A DNA stretch of 64,000 nt from Amoebidium appalachense (GCA_963693365.1 CAVNZM010000007.1:1163979-1227978); one strand, 5' to 3'. Counted from the stretch's first letter, positions 11,301 through 24,861 are shown. The notes: generated by a model not told the origin, from the letters alone. Numbers and translations are program-made.

Positions 11301-13842
11301 CAAGGGAACAAGCGGCAAGGGAATATAGTATTCCCTTCAGGATGGCATGAGCACGGCAAGGGTCAAGAGAATCTAATAATGGCTTGAGGCATGGCCTGAG
11401 CACGGAATCATACGGATAAAACATTGAGTACATATGCGTTTCACACAAGCATGCATGTGTGATCTAAAACCGTGCTATGACAAGACGAAAATTAGGTGAT
11501 GGTATCAATGACAGACTTACAATATGTCCAGGCAGATTAGCCACGATCACTTTTCCGGTTGTTGGGCCCAGGGTTGTGGAGTGCGCAGTGCACGAGAAGC
11601 ACCGATTTATGTAGGCGGACACTAGCGTCTTTGCGTTGCAAAACACAAAGTACTTGCGATGGAAGTCCGCCATCATCGCATCCCGTCCGACATGCCCCAA
11701 ACCCCCGCCGGTATGACACTCCGCAAGGCGTTCCATGACCTGTGAAAAAAACAGGACACGGCGAGGTGGCGACTTCTTTCCCAATGATTTCGTGAGCCGT
11801 CGACGGTCTGACCTGGAGAATGGAGTATTAGAATCGAATTTTAAGTGTACATGTATATCACACAAAGACATACACATACCCTGAATAGAAGACAGCGCCT
11901 TCTTGGCATTGGAAATGGAAGCCTTTGCTGCACTTCCGGCGAATAGCTGATTTGGCCGATCTGTTGTCGAAAAAAAGGGCATACGCCCTATCGCGAAGCC
12001 ATGCCAACACAGCCACCTCTTGCTTGACATAGTCTTCGTGGGCAGTATTTTTGAACTTAACTCCACAACCAGGGCCGTCAACCACCTTCATGGCAACCAA
12101 GGCACCAATGTATCCAAAGTTGACGTTACCCAGGGCATTCACGAACAAGTCGTTTCCGTCGGGATTATGGAAGACAATCCCTGTAACAAGGTAAAGCCTG
12201 GTTAAGATATGCACACACCAAACATGTGAAAAAGAAAGCATGCACACTCCAACGCAACATTATTATCATAACCATCATGATATCCATATGTCATGACAAG
12301 CGTCAATCGCATCAGGATGGCACGTGCATAGCAACGTCAAGCGAATATAAACTGCACTTCAGGATGGCATGACCAGTGGCATGCGTCAAGCGAATATAAC
12401 ATGCGCGCGAGGATGGCTTGACCAATGGCATGCGTCAAGCGAATTTAATATGCGCTTCAGGATGGCATGACCAATGGCATGCGTCAAGCGAATTTAATAT
12501 GCGCTTCGGGATGGCATGAGCATGGCATGCGTCAAGCGAATATAATATGCGCTTCAGGATGGCACGTGCATAGGTGGCGTCAAGCGAATATAATATGCGC
12601 TTCAGGATGGCACGTGCATAGGTGGCGTCAAGCGAATATAACATGCGCTTCAGGATGGCAGGAGCATGGCATGCGTCAAGCGAATTTAATATGCGCTTCA
12701 GGATGGCATGACCAATGGCATGCGTCAAGCGAATTTAATATGCGCTTCAGGATGGCATGACCAATGGCATGCGTCAAGCGAATTTAATATGCGCTTCAGG
12801 ATGGCATGACCAATGGCATGCGTCAAGCGAATTTAATATGCGCTTCAGGATGGCATGACCAATGGCATGCGTCAAGCGAATTTAATATGCGCTTCGGGAT
12901 GGCAGGAGCATGGCATGCGTCAAGCGAATATAATATGCGCTTCAGGATGGCACGTGCATAGGTGGCGTCAAGCGAATATAATATGCGCTTCAGGATGGCA
13001 GGAGCATGGCATGCGTCAAGCGAATTTAATATGCGCTTCAGGATGGCATGAGCATACATAGGTGGCATCAAGCGAATATAATATGCGCTTCAGGATGGCA
13101 TGATCAATGGCATGCGTCAAGCGAATATAATATGCGCTTCAGAATGGCAGGAGCATGGCATGCGTCAAGCGAATATAATATGCGCTTGAGGATGGGACGA
13201 ATATGATATGCGCTCAAAATCAGGTTAGATATTATTGTTTAAAACATTATATAAATCGCCTTCGTGTTAACAAAAAAATTTCATTGGTTGGATCGTATAT
13301 ATATAAATTTTAAAAACTTAAAACAAATACGATTTTGCCGCCTCTGACAACCAATCGGCAAACGCCATGCGGGCGATAAAATGGGTAGTATATGAATGAA
13401 TGATGTCAACTGCCAGATCCTTTCCCAGTAACCCAGTAATCCGAACTCGCGCGGTGTACAAATTTTTTTTTTTTTTTTTTTTTTTGTTTCCCACTTAACT
13501 GTTCGGACGACATCATCGCGAGTTGTCTTTGTGATCAGCTTTGTAATACATCAAGGTCGCTGTGTGCGCTGGTCAACGCTTCACTTATGAAAGGTAAGCT
13601 TTTGTCTCCGTAGAGTCATTGTGCACGGTTATCCTTTCCAGTGTTCATGTGTTCATTCTTTTCATGAAAAACTTACCCTGATGTGGTTCCAGCTTTACGT
13701 TGAAGAAGGCGATTGCCTGGACTGCACTGAACCATGGTTGATTCAGGTTATTGAGGGTCCAATTGTTTCCATTGTAGCATATTGTACATCTGTAGTGCAC
13801 ATGATCAAAGCACCTTTCTGACTCGAGTTTAATACCCGCCAT
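8323..13842 (-). CDS. Ginger-type integrase/transposase (~1177 aa): H2C2 zinc finger, rve DDE core, chromodomain, USP-like peptidase
   Basis: Phase-consistent GT-AG exons 13842-13677, 12180-11880, 11812-11521, 11223-10415, 10288-8323 (3534 nt). Motifs: CHTGGGLGHVGRD..CFSC, VMDF, VDGGGAY, YHPQTKGVVER, FHIRDIKP, VLVKWRGFPFSQCTWE, NFCFI..LPRILFVH..GHF. Confidence 0.85.
12338..13215 (+). repeat. Tandem array 1: ~18 units of 48-49 bp, in intron 1 of the integrase gene
   Basis: Unit CAAGCGAAT(A/T)TAATATGCGCTTCAGGATGGCA + about three recurring linker variants + GCGT. Confidence 0.95.
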
Positions 13843-14387
13843 TCTGCATGCTGCATGATACAACATTACGCGGCCATACTTTATGAAATGGCAATCACAT
13901 CAGAAAGAACAGAGCAGAACAAACATGAATCAGCGAAGAATACAGCAGGTGTGATGTTTAGGTGGTATTAATCCACTAAGCGGTGCTTTGTATATTGCAA
14001 GCTCTGCCTCGCTGCGTCTCTTGCTCTGCCTCGCTGCGTAAACAACAGAAATTTGCTATACAAATTAAAAGCTTAATACCATCGTCATGCAATGATGTAC
14101 TGAATAACAAGGGAAGATGTGCGAAGCTATCGGTATAGTAACTTATTCCTGTTATCAGATGAGCACGTGACAACGAATGAGAAGGTCAACGATGATTGGG
14201 TTCCGGATCGAGCGAAAACATAAAACATAGATTATAGAAACGATTGGTGTAGCGAACGGCATTCGATAATTAAACCAATCACTGTTGAGAAATTAACGTT
14301 TAAAATATTTTAAATTTTAAAATCACGCTTACACTTCACCTATGTTAAAGTGAATTTAATTGTTGCTCCCAAGGAATGTTTTGGATA

Positions 14388-15710
14388 CTCGCGTATAATA
14401 TTCGCTTGCATCGGGTGGATAATCAGGATCCGAGCGAATAGTATATTCGCTTGGGAGTTGGATACTCAGAAGCGATTACATATATATATATATATACGAG
14501 CGAATATTATATTTGCTTGGGGGTTAGATCATCAGGATCCGAGCGAATATTATATTCGCTTGGGGTAGATCATCAGGATCCGAGGGAATATTATATTCGC
14601 TTGGGGGTTAGATCATCAGGTTTCGAGCGAATATTATATTCGCTTCGGGGTGGGATCATCAGGATGCGAGCGAATATTGGTTAGATAATCAAGATCCGCG
14701 CGAATATAATATTCGCTCGGATCGATCGGAGTGAATATTATATTCGCTTGGGGGTTAGATCATCAGGTTTCGAGCGAATATTATATTCGCTTGGGTGTGG
14801 GATCTTCAGGATCCGAGCGAATATTATATTCGCTTGGGGGTTAGATCATCAGGTTTCGAGCGAATATTATATTCGCTTGGGGGTGGGATCATCAGGATCC
14901 GAGCGAATATTATATTCGCTTGGGGGTTAGATCATCAGGTTTCGAGCGAATATTATATTCGCTTGGGGGTGGGATCATCAGGTTTCGAGCGAATATTATA
15001 TTCGCTTGGGGGTGGGATCATCAGGATCCGAGCGAATATTATATTTGCTTGGGGGTTACATCATCAGGATCCGAGCGAATATGATTATATTCGCTTGGGG
15101 GTTAGATCATCAGGATCCGAGCGAATATTATATTCGCTTGGGGGTTAGATCATCAGGTTTCGAGCGAATATTATATTCGCTTGGGGGTGGGATCATCAGG
15201 ATGCGAGCGAATATTGGTTAGATAATCAAGATCCGCGCGAATATAATATTCGCTCGGATCGATCGGAGCGAATATTATATTCGCTTGGGGGTTAGATCAT
15301 CAGGTTTCGAGCGAATATTATATTCGCTTGGGGGTGGGATCATCAGGATCCGAGCGATTCGCTCGCACCCTGATTACAACCCCAAGCGAATTTAATATTC
15401 GCTTGGATCGATTGGTTAGATAATCAAGATCCGCGCGAATATAATAATCGCTCGGATCTATCAGAGCGAATGTATATTCGCTTGGGGTTAGATCATCAGG
15501 ATTCGAGCGAATATTATATTCGCTCGGATCGATTGGTTTGATAATCAAGATCCGCGCGAATATAATATTCGCTCGGATCGATCGGAGCGAATATTATATT
15601 CCCTTGGGGTTAGATCATCAGGATTCGCGAATATTATATTCGCTTGGGGTTGTGTGAATATAGTATTCGCTTGGGGGGTGGATGTTTTGGATAATATAAT
15701 ATTCGCGTTG
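14388..15710 (+). repeat. Tandem array 2: ~42-43 bp units built on the palindrome AGCGAATAT-T-ATATTCGCT (roughly 30 copies)
   Basis: Unit GAGCGAATATTATATTCGCTTGGGGG(TTA/TGG)GATCATCAGG(TTT/ATC)C, with recurring higher-order blocks in which the motif flips orientation. Confidence 0.95.
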
Positions 15711-15750
15711 TGACTAAGCGTATTCATTTTATTTATTTATTTTTTTGCAG

Positions 15751-16675
15751 ATGGCGTCCCATCTTCCCACGTTGGTTCGGTCTATTTTTGATTTTTCCTT
15801 CGATGATATCAAGCGCTCTTCCAAGATTGTTGAGCCAAGGTGTCTGTCCCAGCGCGACCCAACGGATGTCGACCCCATTGTGTTTGACAAGGAAGCCAAA
15901 GCGAAGGCTTCCCTGGATAAGTGGATTGTGTTCAAAGGTTGGGCACCGTTGTCGACTTTCCGTTTTGGGGGATGGAACAGTGGGGTCTTGGTCCGTCCCG
16001 TCCACTCAGGCAAGAAGATGGAGTCCGTCGTCAATGGGTAAGTCGAGTGTGTTGCTATGTGAGTTTTCCACGAATGAATATTTAAACGTATGCAGCATTG
16101 ATTGACGATTTGTTTTCTGGAATTGTTGGTTCGTTAGTGTTTCTTGTACTTATGATGTACTATGTACTTTAAAATTTTGTCTGTTTAGTCTGTGAATGAG
16201 ACCCATAATTGTTGTTGCAGCTATCCCGTTCTAACCCCGCTGTCCAGGTGGTTCCCTCCTGAACAGCGTGCGGTGACCAATGACATGGCCGTTTGGAGTC
16301 GGCAGTCGCCCCAGATCGCCATCCTTCCGAGTGGCACCGACGTGACAGCGTTGTCCAAGCTGCAGAAAGAAAAGAAGGGAAAAGACCATATGACAAAGAT
16401 TCGGGATCTTGTACTCGGTTCTTGTTCGGTTGATGGTAACACCCGTGCTAGTGTCATTGCACAGGGCATTCTGGAATATTTCGGCCGCACAAACATGACA
16501 GCTGACGGTGCAATCGTCGTCACGAACGAATTGATTTCCAATGTGTCTGAAGCTATGGGTCGATTCTGGGTACCCACTCTTCTCTTGTCACCCGATACAC
16601 CCGTCCAAGATATATTGGCCATCGGCACTGGTATGTACACCCATAATATCAACAATTTTGAATCAATTATTTATT

Positions 16676-16721
<46 letters not shown>

Positions 16722-16735
16722 CCCCCCTCTCTCCC

Positions 16736-16772
<37 letters not shown>

Positions 16773-16939
16773 AGGCTCTATGATCTCGTCTCTCTATACC
16801 CCCCCCTCCCGAGGCTCTCTCTCGTCTCTCAGAACTTGTCACCCACACACACTCTTTCTCTGTCTCACCCTTATATTGGCCATCCGGCACTGGTATGTAC
16901 ACCCATAATATCAACAATTTTGAATCAATTATTTATTCA

Positions 16940-17008
<69 letters not shown>

Positions 17009-17011
17009 TCT

Positions 17012-17074
<63 letters not shown>

Positions 17075-20000
17075 AGGCTCTATGATCTCGTCTCTCTATA
17101 CCCCCCCCTCTTGAGGCTCTCTCTCGTCTCTCAGAACTTGTCACCCACACACACTCTTTCTCTGTCTCACCCTTAATTGTGTTAAATTTACGTACAATTC
17201 CATACAAAAAGTTGTCCCCCTTAAGCATTTTCTGTTACATATTGTGTTTTCCTACACATCTTAAGGTGGACACACCTTGTTGGAGAATATAGTACATGTA
17301 ATTTTCGTGCAATGCCATCGTTCTTAAATTCTAAAGGGTTCCCTTTGCAGGTTGCAACATCGCTACCCTTGCCCGCCCCGTGAGCGTGGTTGATAAGGTT
17401 GTTGCTTTTCATGTCTGGTGCATGTCTGTTTGGAGTATCGAGTCCAAACGTAAGGAACTACACACGGCGGGCTCCAGATACCTTACCATCAAAGAATGCA
17501 AGAAGACCATCATCTTCGATCGGCCGTATGTTTATCTTCGGGCCGGTGCCACTCTGTTGACGGAAATGTATGTAGCCGCTGGTGTTGACTTGCTTGGCCT
17601 AAAACTCACCACCACCGCATCTGCCGAGTCCGTGGATGCCGTCGGTCGCCGCAAGGCGTTTGAGAATGCCAAGGAACAAGTGAAACGTTTTCTGTGAGTA
17701 TCCCCTACAAACCCGTCACATGACATCTCCCTGTGTGTTGTAACCGCATGCAAACCCCCCCTCCCCCCGATTCTACCCTTTTTTGCCATCACGGTGTGCT
17801 TGCAATGTGTTCTCTATCGTGTCACTGCTACTATGCTGTTGGCACATACCGGCATGCCCCTAGCTGAGAACACCATCATGCTCATAGATCAAAAATTCAA
17901 AATAGATGAATTGGATTTATTCATATAATTGATTGGATACCCAACGTCCATTGAAAAACCGGCAACATTTAAACATGACTATTTGTGTCATTTATTGGCT
18001 GAAAACGCACCATCCCCCCTCGGTAGGACCTCACTTGTAACCTTTTTTGTTCTTGTGCAACATCTGATGTTTGCCGGTCATCTTTATAGTCATCCATCTG
18101 TTTGTCGGCGCCACGCTTTTTGCCTAGTTTCACAACCGTCTGCTTTGTGCATCTATCAAGTTTTATGGCTCAGCCTTTGAGAGTTGTTACTTTCGCATAT
18201 ACACATTGCAACCTGATATACACATTTCCAGTGCCCACACATACACAACACACGCACACAATCACAAATACTCACACATACACACACAAACATATACTGG
18301 TGTTGTATCTCATACTTTTCATTGCAGGGCCATTCAAGACATGTTGCACACCTCTCCCGGCATCGACTGCACCACTGCTTTCGATTACCTCATGCAGAAG
18401 TACACGCTCTGCTCGGATCCCATGTCTGTCAAGTTCACGTATTTGGTTACTCTTCAGCAGTTCTGGAGTAAAATTTCAGCAGCGGGCTACAAACCAAAGC
18501 AGGACCATTGGGTGTGCAAAGCACTCCTGTATTTGTTGACGGAGGGGGATGACGGCGACGACACTGCAGATGCCGACTCGAAGAAGGTAAGCTTACATAA
18601 CACTAGTGTAAATTATCACACTTTAAAGAAACTTGTAAACGTCCGTATCAAAAAACGTCTATGCGATGTGTTGAAAACTTAAACCGGTAGCCATTCCGTG
18701 GGTATAATATAGGATGTTAAGGAACAAAAAAAAAAAAGTGTCTACATTGATGCAGATCCCTTGATTTTCTGACACAGGTCTATCATGTTAGGAGGTTGAA
18801 AGAGTCTATCCTACCCACCCACCTCCAGCCCAAAACATACAAACCAAAAAAACAAAAGCAGCATATCACATTCATTGATATCTTGTAGCCCATCTAACAA
18901 CATTATCTCGCAGGGTCGCACAATGTCTGGATTCGTGGACTTCATTGTGACCCTTACTGGGTTCAGCGACGCAAAGAAAAAAGTAGCGGACAGTCCGGTA
19001 GCGGACAGTCCGGTACCGGACCCACAACCCACACCCAAGAAATCAGCAAACGAGTCCAGGTCACATTCCAGAAAGCCCGCCGCTAAGCTGTCGATTGCTG
19101 AACATGTCGTGAGTGATGCGAGTGATGACTCGGAGGATAGCGCAATGGAAGAGACACAAGCACAGGAGGAATCCCGCCACGACAAGGACTCGGAAGAGGA
19201 TGATGATGTTGGAGGTGACGCAGAACAGGAGGCTGGAGGAGAGAAAGAGCGGGAGGAGGGTATGGCGGTGGATGACAGTGCACCATGGCATCTGCCCCCA
19301 AGAAAGACACTTTTCAAGGCATGCTGGCAGCATCAGCCCCGGTGAGTGCATGATGCACATTGTCTGTGTCTTTCAATTTATGCACACATGGTTTGTTTCC
19401 TCAGGACAAATGTTTGGGTGTTTGAACAAGCTGTTTCGTGGATGGTGGTCTGATGTATAATGAGAATACCGGGTTTTGACACTATGCTGCATTATGTATG
19501 TGTGTGTTTGTGTAGTGATCATATATTACGATTCACAGTTGGGGTTGGCCGTGGTGGAAGACAACGGCAGAGAAGTGTTGGTAGGGTCATACGCTGCCGA
19601 CGCCAATGCCTCCCCCGCCCCACGTGCTTCTGCTGGGCCTGCCGAGCATGGGCAGCAAGACAAATGCACATGGCGAGGCGGTGCTGGATGCAGACACGTG
19701 TGTTGCACACCTTGTGGAGCTGCTCAGTGCGCTGCACATTGACGCCAACAGCACAACCCCCCTACTGTTTTCGGTGACGCCGCAGGAGGGCCCATACGTT
19801 GTGAAGATCATGGGCAAGCTGGTGAGTTGCATGTTTTAGGGTGGAAGGAAGGGAATGTTTTTTTTGGGGTTGGGGGGGGGGGAGGGGGGGGGGGGGACCG
19901 GAATCCATAATGACGATGGATAGCGTCAAATATTATGTAAGCATTGCATTGCACTGATTTTCATACACTAATCATGTCACGGTGTGCTCTAGTACGGCCT

Positions 20001-20981
20001 CCGCAAGTTGTGCTTGTTGATGGCATTCCAGGTGCGTAGGTTTATTTTTTTCTTTATGGCACATCATATGCATATGCTAACCGCTATGCCATGTTTGTAT
20101 CAGGTGACGGAGCATTTCCAAGACCGGCGTGGTGTGATTAGCTTCCCATGGACGTGGTGGGCAAAAGGCCCCACTGGCGACGAGGAACACGGTGTTTTGT
20201 TGTTTGCGATGGTTTCGCATGCACTTGCCTTGGCTGTGCACGAGTGTGGTTCACCAATTACCACAACCATAAAGGCCAAGTCCCACGAAAATGGAGCTGT
20301 AAGGACTTTGACGTCTATTTTGTCTCTGCTCTCGACACACTCAGGGGACCATGTCGTGCTACCGCGTCAGAATGGACGTTTCGCAGTGTTCTTTGGCTGG
20401 CAACAGGGTACGTGACCCCTACCAGGAGCTTTGAAACTGGGTGTAATTTCCATGTATTACTTGACATTTCGGGGCACGTAACAAGAAAAACTAAACCACA
20501 TTTAGGTTTTCATTGTGGATAACATTTTTCATATGTGTTTCACCCATGACAGTGACTAACTTTGTTTTGCTTTCCAGACCAAACCACCAAGGAGTTCTTC
20601 AACAGGGCCGCTCGCGCTGTTATTGCTGGGTTGCCCAAGGTGGAGTCGTGTGTTGTGTTGGTGGAGGGAACACGGGATGTCCCTGTTGTCCAGGCCCCCC
20701 CAGACACACAAGAGACCGGAGAGGAGAATGCCTCAGCTGCGCATGACATGTTGGATGCCATGGCCGCCCCGCCTGTGCATATCCCCGTTACATCCCCGTC
20801 AGATCCAAATAAGGAAGCTGGTGACGGCAAACGGAATGGGGAAGTAAGGGACGAGGATGCACACACGCAGAAAAAGTCCAAAACGGAGGTGACCAAATCT
20901 GTCACAAAAGAGCCAGTGAAGCTCCGTTGCGGCGCTTCCGGTGGCAGCAGGGGAAAGGGCAGGGGCCGAGGTAGAAAATAA
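15751..20981 (+). pseudogene. Second gene of the Ginger-like element (~900 codons, 8 exons): unknown N-terminus, acidic linker, degenerate N6/N4 DNA-methyltransferase-like C-terminus
   Basis: Phase-consistent exons 15751-16037, 16221-16630, 17351-17693, 18328-18586, 18914-19341, 19539-19821, 20104-20407, 20578-20981. In-frame TAG at 19582, or compensating frameshifts near 19280-19590. Confidence 0.65.
16611..17174 (+). repeat. Tandem duplication (~260-300 bp) of an exon end, splice donor and intron start
   Basis: TATATTGGCCATC(C)GGCACTGGTATGTACACC...TCTCACCCTTA occurs at 16611 and again at 16872. Confidence 0.9.
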
Positions 20982-21276
20982 TCGAACACCTTAAATGTAA
21001 ATGGTAAAAGTAATTGGTATCTATAACGGGTATGGTAAAGACAGGTGTTTAGTTTTTTTTCCTCCAAAACCTTTGCTCGCTCTTCAAGACCACATAATAC
21101 CGCAACACACACACGTCACATTCACAACAGACACCCAGAAAGATAGCCTACCTGTAAATTACAACATCCTTGATTTTATACTAAACACGCGTAACTACGA
21201 CCTGTTTATTAGATGTATTGATTGGCTTGAGAAACACATCACTACAAAATTATAGCGCACGCGCACACACACACAC

Positions 21277-21309
<33 letters not shown>

Positions 21310-21341
21310 CCAGCTGATACCGAGTGTCCCGAGGGGAGCCC

Positions 21342-21389
<48 letters not shown>

Positions 21390-21921
21390 GGGGGAACCCC
21401 AACTAATTGATTTCTCCTTGTAGTCTTTATGGTGTCTCGTAGAGAAAGTAAACCCTGATATATAGTCACCACCCGACATCTATGTACGTGATCATGATAT
21501 ACCGCTGAGGGGATATTCCGAGCAAAACCCCCCCCCCCATACCTGAGACTGGTTCTCTTTGCCTCGAGTAAACAGCGTAAACCCCTGTGTATGTGTGTAT
21601 AAGTTTGTTTGTGTAGTATATTTCAACACGTTAAGAAGTGCGTGTGCAGTGCACACACACACGATACAACAACAAGTCTGGGTGTGATTTAGTTTGACAC
21701 ATTGAAGTGTGTGTGCAGTGCACACACACACAATAAAATAGCATGATTGGACACTAAGTCTATACACTGTCAAAGAGTATGATAATGTCGTGCCTGGATG
21801 CGCTTACACTGATGTGTGTGTGTGTGTGTGTGGAATGATACACACACACCTGGTCCATAAAATACAGCGTAAACCTTATATTTGCAACCTTACCACCCAT
21901 GTACTCCCTCCCTGTTTCCCT

Positions 21922-21972
<51 letters not shown>

Positions 21973-22142
21973 GAGAAATTTGCCATCTAGGCCAGACCGT
22001 GCAGGTCCGTGCACACGCTGTGTTTCTCCAACCACATATAGTACACACCCTGACCCCCCTGCACCCCTGCACTCACTCCCTGTTTCCGGGATACTAGGGG
22101 GGGGGGGGGGGAAGGTTAAGACAATGATTTTTTATACCCCCC

Positions 22143-22174
<32 letters not shown>

Positions 22175-22177
22175 CCC

Positions 22178-22355
22178 ACACTGTGTTTCTCCCACCACAC
22201 ACAAACCCTCTGACCCCCCCGTCACCCAGGGTAGTAGGGGGGGGGGGGGCATTTTGGCCTGCCCGATATTCCCCCTAGACCAGCCAAATTTGACGTCCTG
22301 GATTTTAATTAGAGGTGACGACACTTTGGCCTGGACGACACTTTGGCCTGCAACA
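22178..22355 (-). repeat. Right TIR of the Ginger-like element
   Basis: Ends ...GACACTTTGGCCTGCAACA followed by GGGG. Confidence 0.9.
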
Positions 22356-23054
22356 GGGGGGGGGGGGGGGGGGAGGGGGGGGCGACGGAGGGAGAGGGTC
22401 ATGGGGGGAAGGGGGGGAAGGGGGGGGGGGGGGGGGGGGGTTAGGACATGGCGGGAAACACAGGGGATTGGTGTGTTGTATGGGTGTGTGGGAGTGTGTG
22501 AGAGTGGGGGGGGAAAGGGGGGGGGGGGGGGGGGGGGGGGGATAGTCTCTGCTACGTTCGCTGGCGGTCGCTGTCCTTCATCCGGGGGAACCACCTCACA
22601 TGATGCTGGGGCCACCTTCCATAACGGTTCAGCGAGTGAGGGCAACACTAAATCTCATCAGAAGGAGTTATCTGCCTCAGAGACTGGTAAGATGGCGACA
22701 TGTATTGGCAGCTCTGCTCGTGAAATCACATATATACCTGCCCTTTCCTACCAATACCTTCCCCTCCCCGCCACAGAGTACTCACATTCCGTCCCCCCCC
22801 TCATCCCCCCCCCCCCCCCCCCCAACCCCCCCCTTCCCCCCTCTCTCCCAACCCACCTGGTGTCATAAAAGGTAAAGCCACCTCCATATCTGACACCACA
22901 CACGTAAGTAGTACAAATTTGGACTCAGCTCCACACCGGCAATGATCCCCCTTCACCCTACATTAATTTTTGCCAAACCGTCATAAAACCCGATTGTGCA
23001 ATCCGAAGACTGACCAGATTCCCCCTTCCCCCTCTTCTCCCCCCCCCCCCTCCC

Positions 23055-23089
<35 letters not shown>

Positions 23090-23097
23090 AGTCTCCG

Positions 23098-23279
<182 letters not shown>

Positions 23280-23397
23280 CCTCCCTCCCTCCCTCTCCCC
23301 CTCCCTCTCCCCACACACATACACACGTTTTTCCGCACCCCTCCCCTTTCCAACAATTCTACGGCTCATCTTACCTCAACCCACGTGCAATACACAG

Positions 23398-24703
23398 GCA
23401 TGACATGCAGCTGTGGCAAGAATCGTGCAACATCAAAGACGGATACAGCGTACTGCACCGGAAAAGGCCCGGGAAATGGTCGGTGTGCGTGCAATGTAAA
23501 GGGTGTCGGTTGTAGCCGCCAGTGCAAGTGCTATAATTGCAGGAACCCTTTCGGCCGCCATGTACGCAAGGGGGCCCCAGCCCGCACTCGCAAGCGCCAT
23601 CGGGCCAGTGCAGCTTCTGCACCCACTAATGGCAACGCGAGCACCACTGGTAGCCAGCAGCTACCAAGGATTCGTGGCTCCCATTTTCTTGTTTCAGTCG
23701 GAGAGCCATTGCGCACGGGCAAGTGGGCCATATCAGAGTCTTTGGCCATTCAAGTTATTGTCGAGGCAGCAATACGGAATGGTGTGGATCTCCTCCCAAG
23801 CCCCCACTCTCCCCTTCCCCCCTCTTCTCCACTGGCCCCCTCCCCCCCCCCCCCCCCTCCCCCCCCCCCCCCCACCACCACCACCACCATAACCACCACA
23901 CACCACCACCTCCCCTCCTCCCCACCTCCTCTGGGCCTATGATACTCAGAGCCGAACATGTCACTAGGGCGCACACATATACATGCACATTACATGCATT
24001 CACACACTGAGGCGCACACACAAACATGCATACACACGCTTTTATGTATACCACTTGCAGTAGACACGTAGACATGTAATCTTCTTCTCATACAGCTTGT
24101 GACTGCAGCATGCTAACACGTTGTAATTGTAACCATACTGCAGGTGTCGAGGTAACAGCCGACGAGGTTCTAAAGACGTACGACCAGCTACGACTTATCC
24201 ACAACCTAGCGGAGGTTGGCGATAGTGCTTCAATCCTCCGCGCACACACGGTTAAACAAATTCAAGCCAAAATCGACCATTACATGAGACGGAGGCATTT
24301 GTTATCAGCCTTGTCAAATGCAGCAGCGTCAGCCTAAGGCAGCCGCCGCACTGCTACGGTCCCACCTTCCCAGCAACCAAACATGCAGCAGGGGGTGGAT
24401 CTAATGGATACATCTGGCGGCAGCTCACCGCCAAATTCCCCAATTGTTCCACCGAGTCAGGGCCTTGGCTCCCAGCGGCCGATTCTGCCCCATATACGCA
24501 ATCCTTTCCCAATGCCGATGGTTCCACCAAACGCGGTTCAAGTTCACCAGATCGTGGGATATTTGTGTTGTGCTTGTGGGATGGGCTGCCCCATGATGCC
24601 ACATTATGTCGGTACGGTCGTGCAATGTGTAAATCCGCGATGCCGGCGCTACGTGCTGAGATTAGCTGGTCCATACGGCCATCAAACATGGGCCTGGAAG
24701 TAG
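23398..24703 (+). pseudogene. Element X copy 1 3' exons: CXC/tesmin-like cysteine cluster, Myb/trihelix-like segment, C-terminal Zn motif
   Basis: [25 protein letters not shown]; KWAISESLAI..KQIQAKIDHY; CCAC..CVNPRC. TAA at 24335 where copy 2 has AAA. Confidence 0.6.
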
Positions 24704-24861
24704 TTCGTGGGGGAAAGGGCGGAGGGTACGTGCCAGGGGTGAGGTTGGGGGGTTTGGGTGGGGGGGGGGGGGGGGGGGGGGGCGAGGGGCTAAGGGGAGG
24801 GAAGGGAAGGGGGAAATTCTTGGGGCAGGGGGGGGGGGGGGATATCTAGAAGGAGCAGCTG

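Larger units (their letters stand above)
7323..22355. mobile_element. Large (15.0 kb) Ginger-like DNA transposon
   Basis: TIRs begin TGTTGCAGGCCAAAGTGTCGTC, with 2 mismatches in the first 107 bp. GGGG flanks both ends. Encodes an intron-containing Gypsy-type integrase with no RT or RNase H. Confidence 0.88.

Noticed and set aside
8323-12250. Chromovirus (Gypsy LTR) retrotransposon or Polinton
   Set aside because: No gag, RT, RNase H, PolB, ATPase or capsid; the gene has introns and lies between TIRs.
12338-15710. CRISPR array (palindromic repeats with spacers)
   Set aside because: Linkers are a few recurring variants rather than unique spacers; no cas genes; eukaryotic intronic context.
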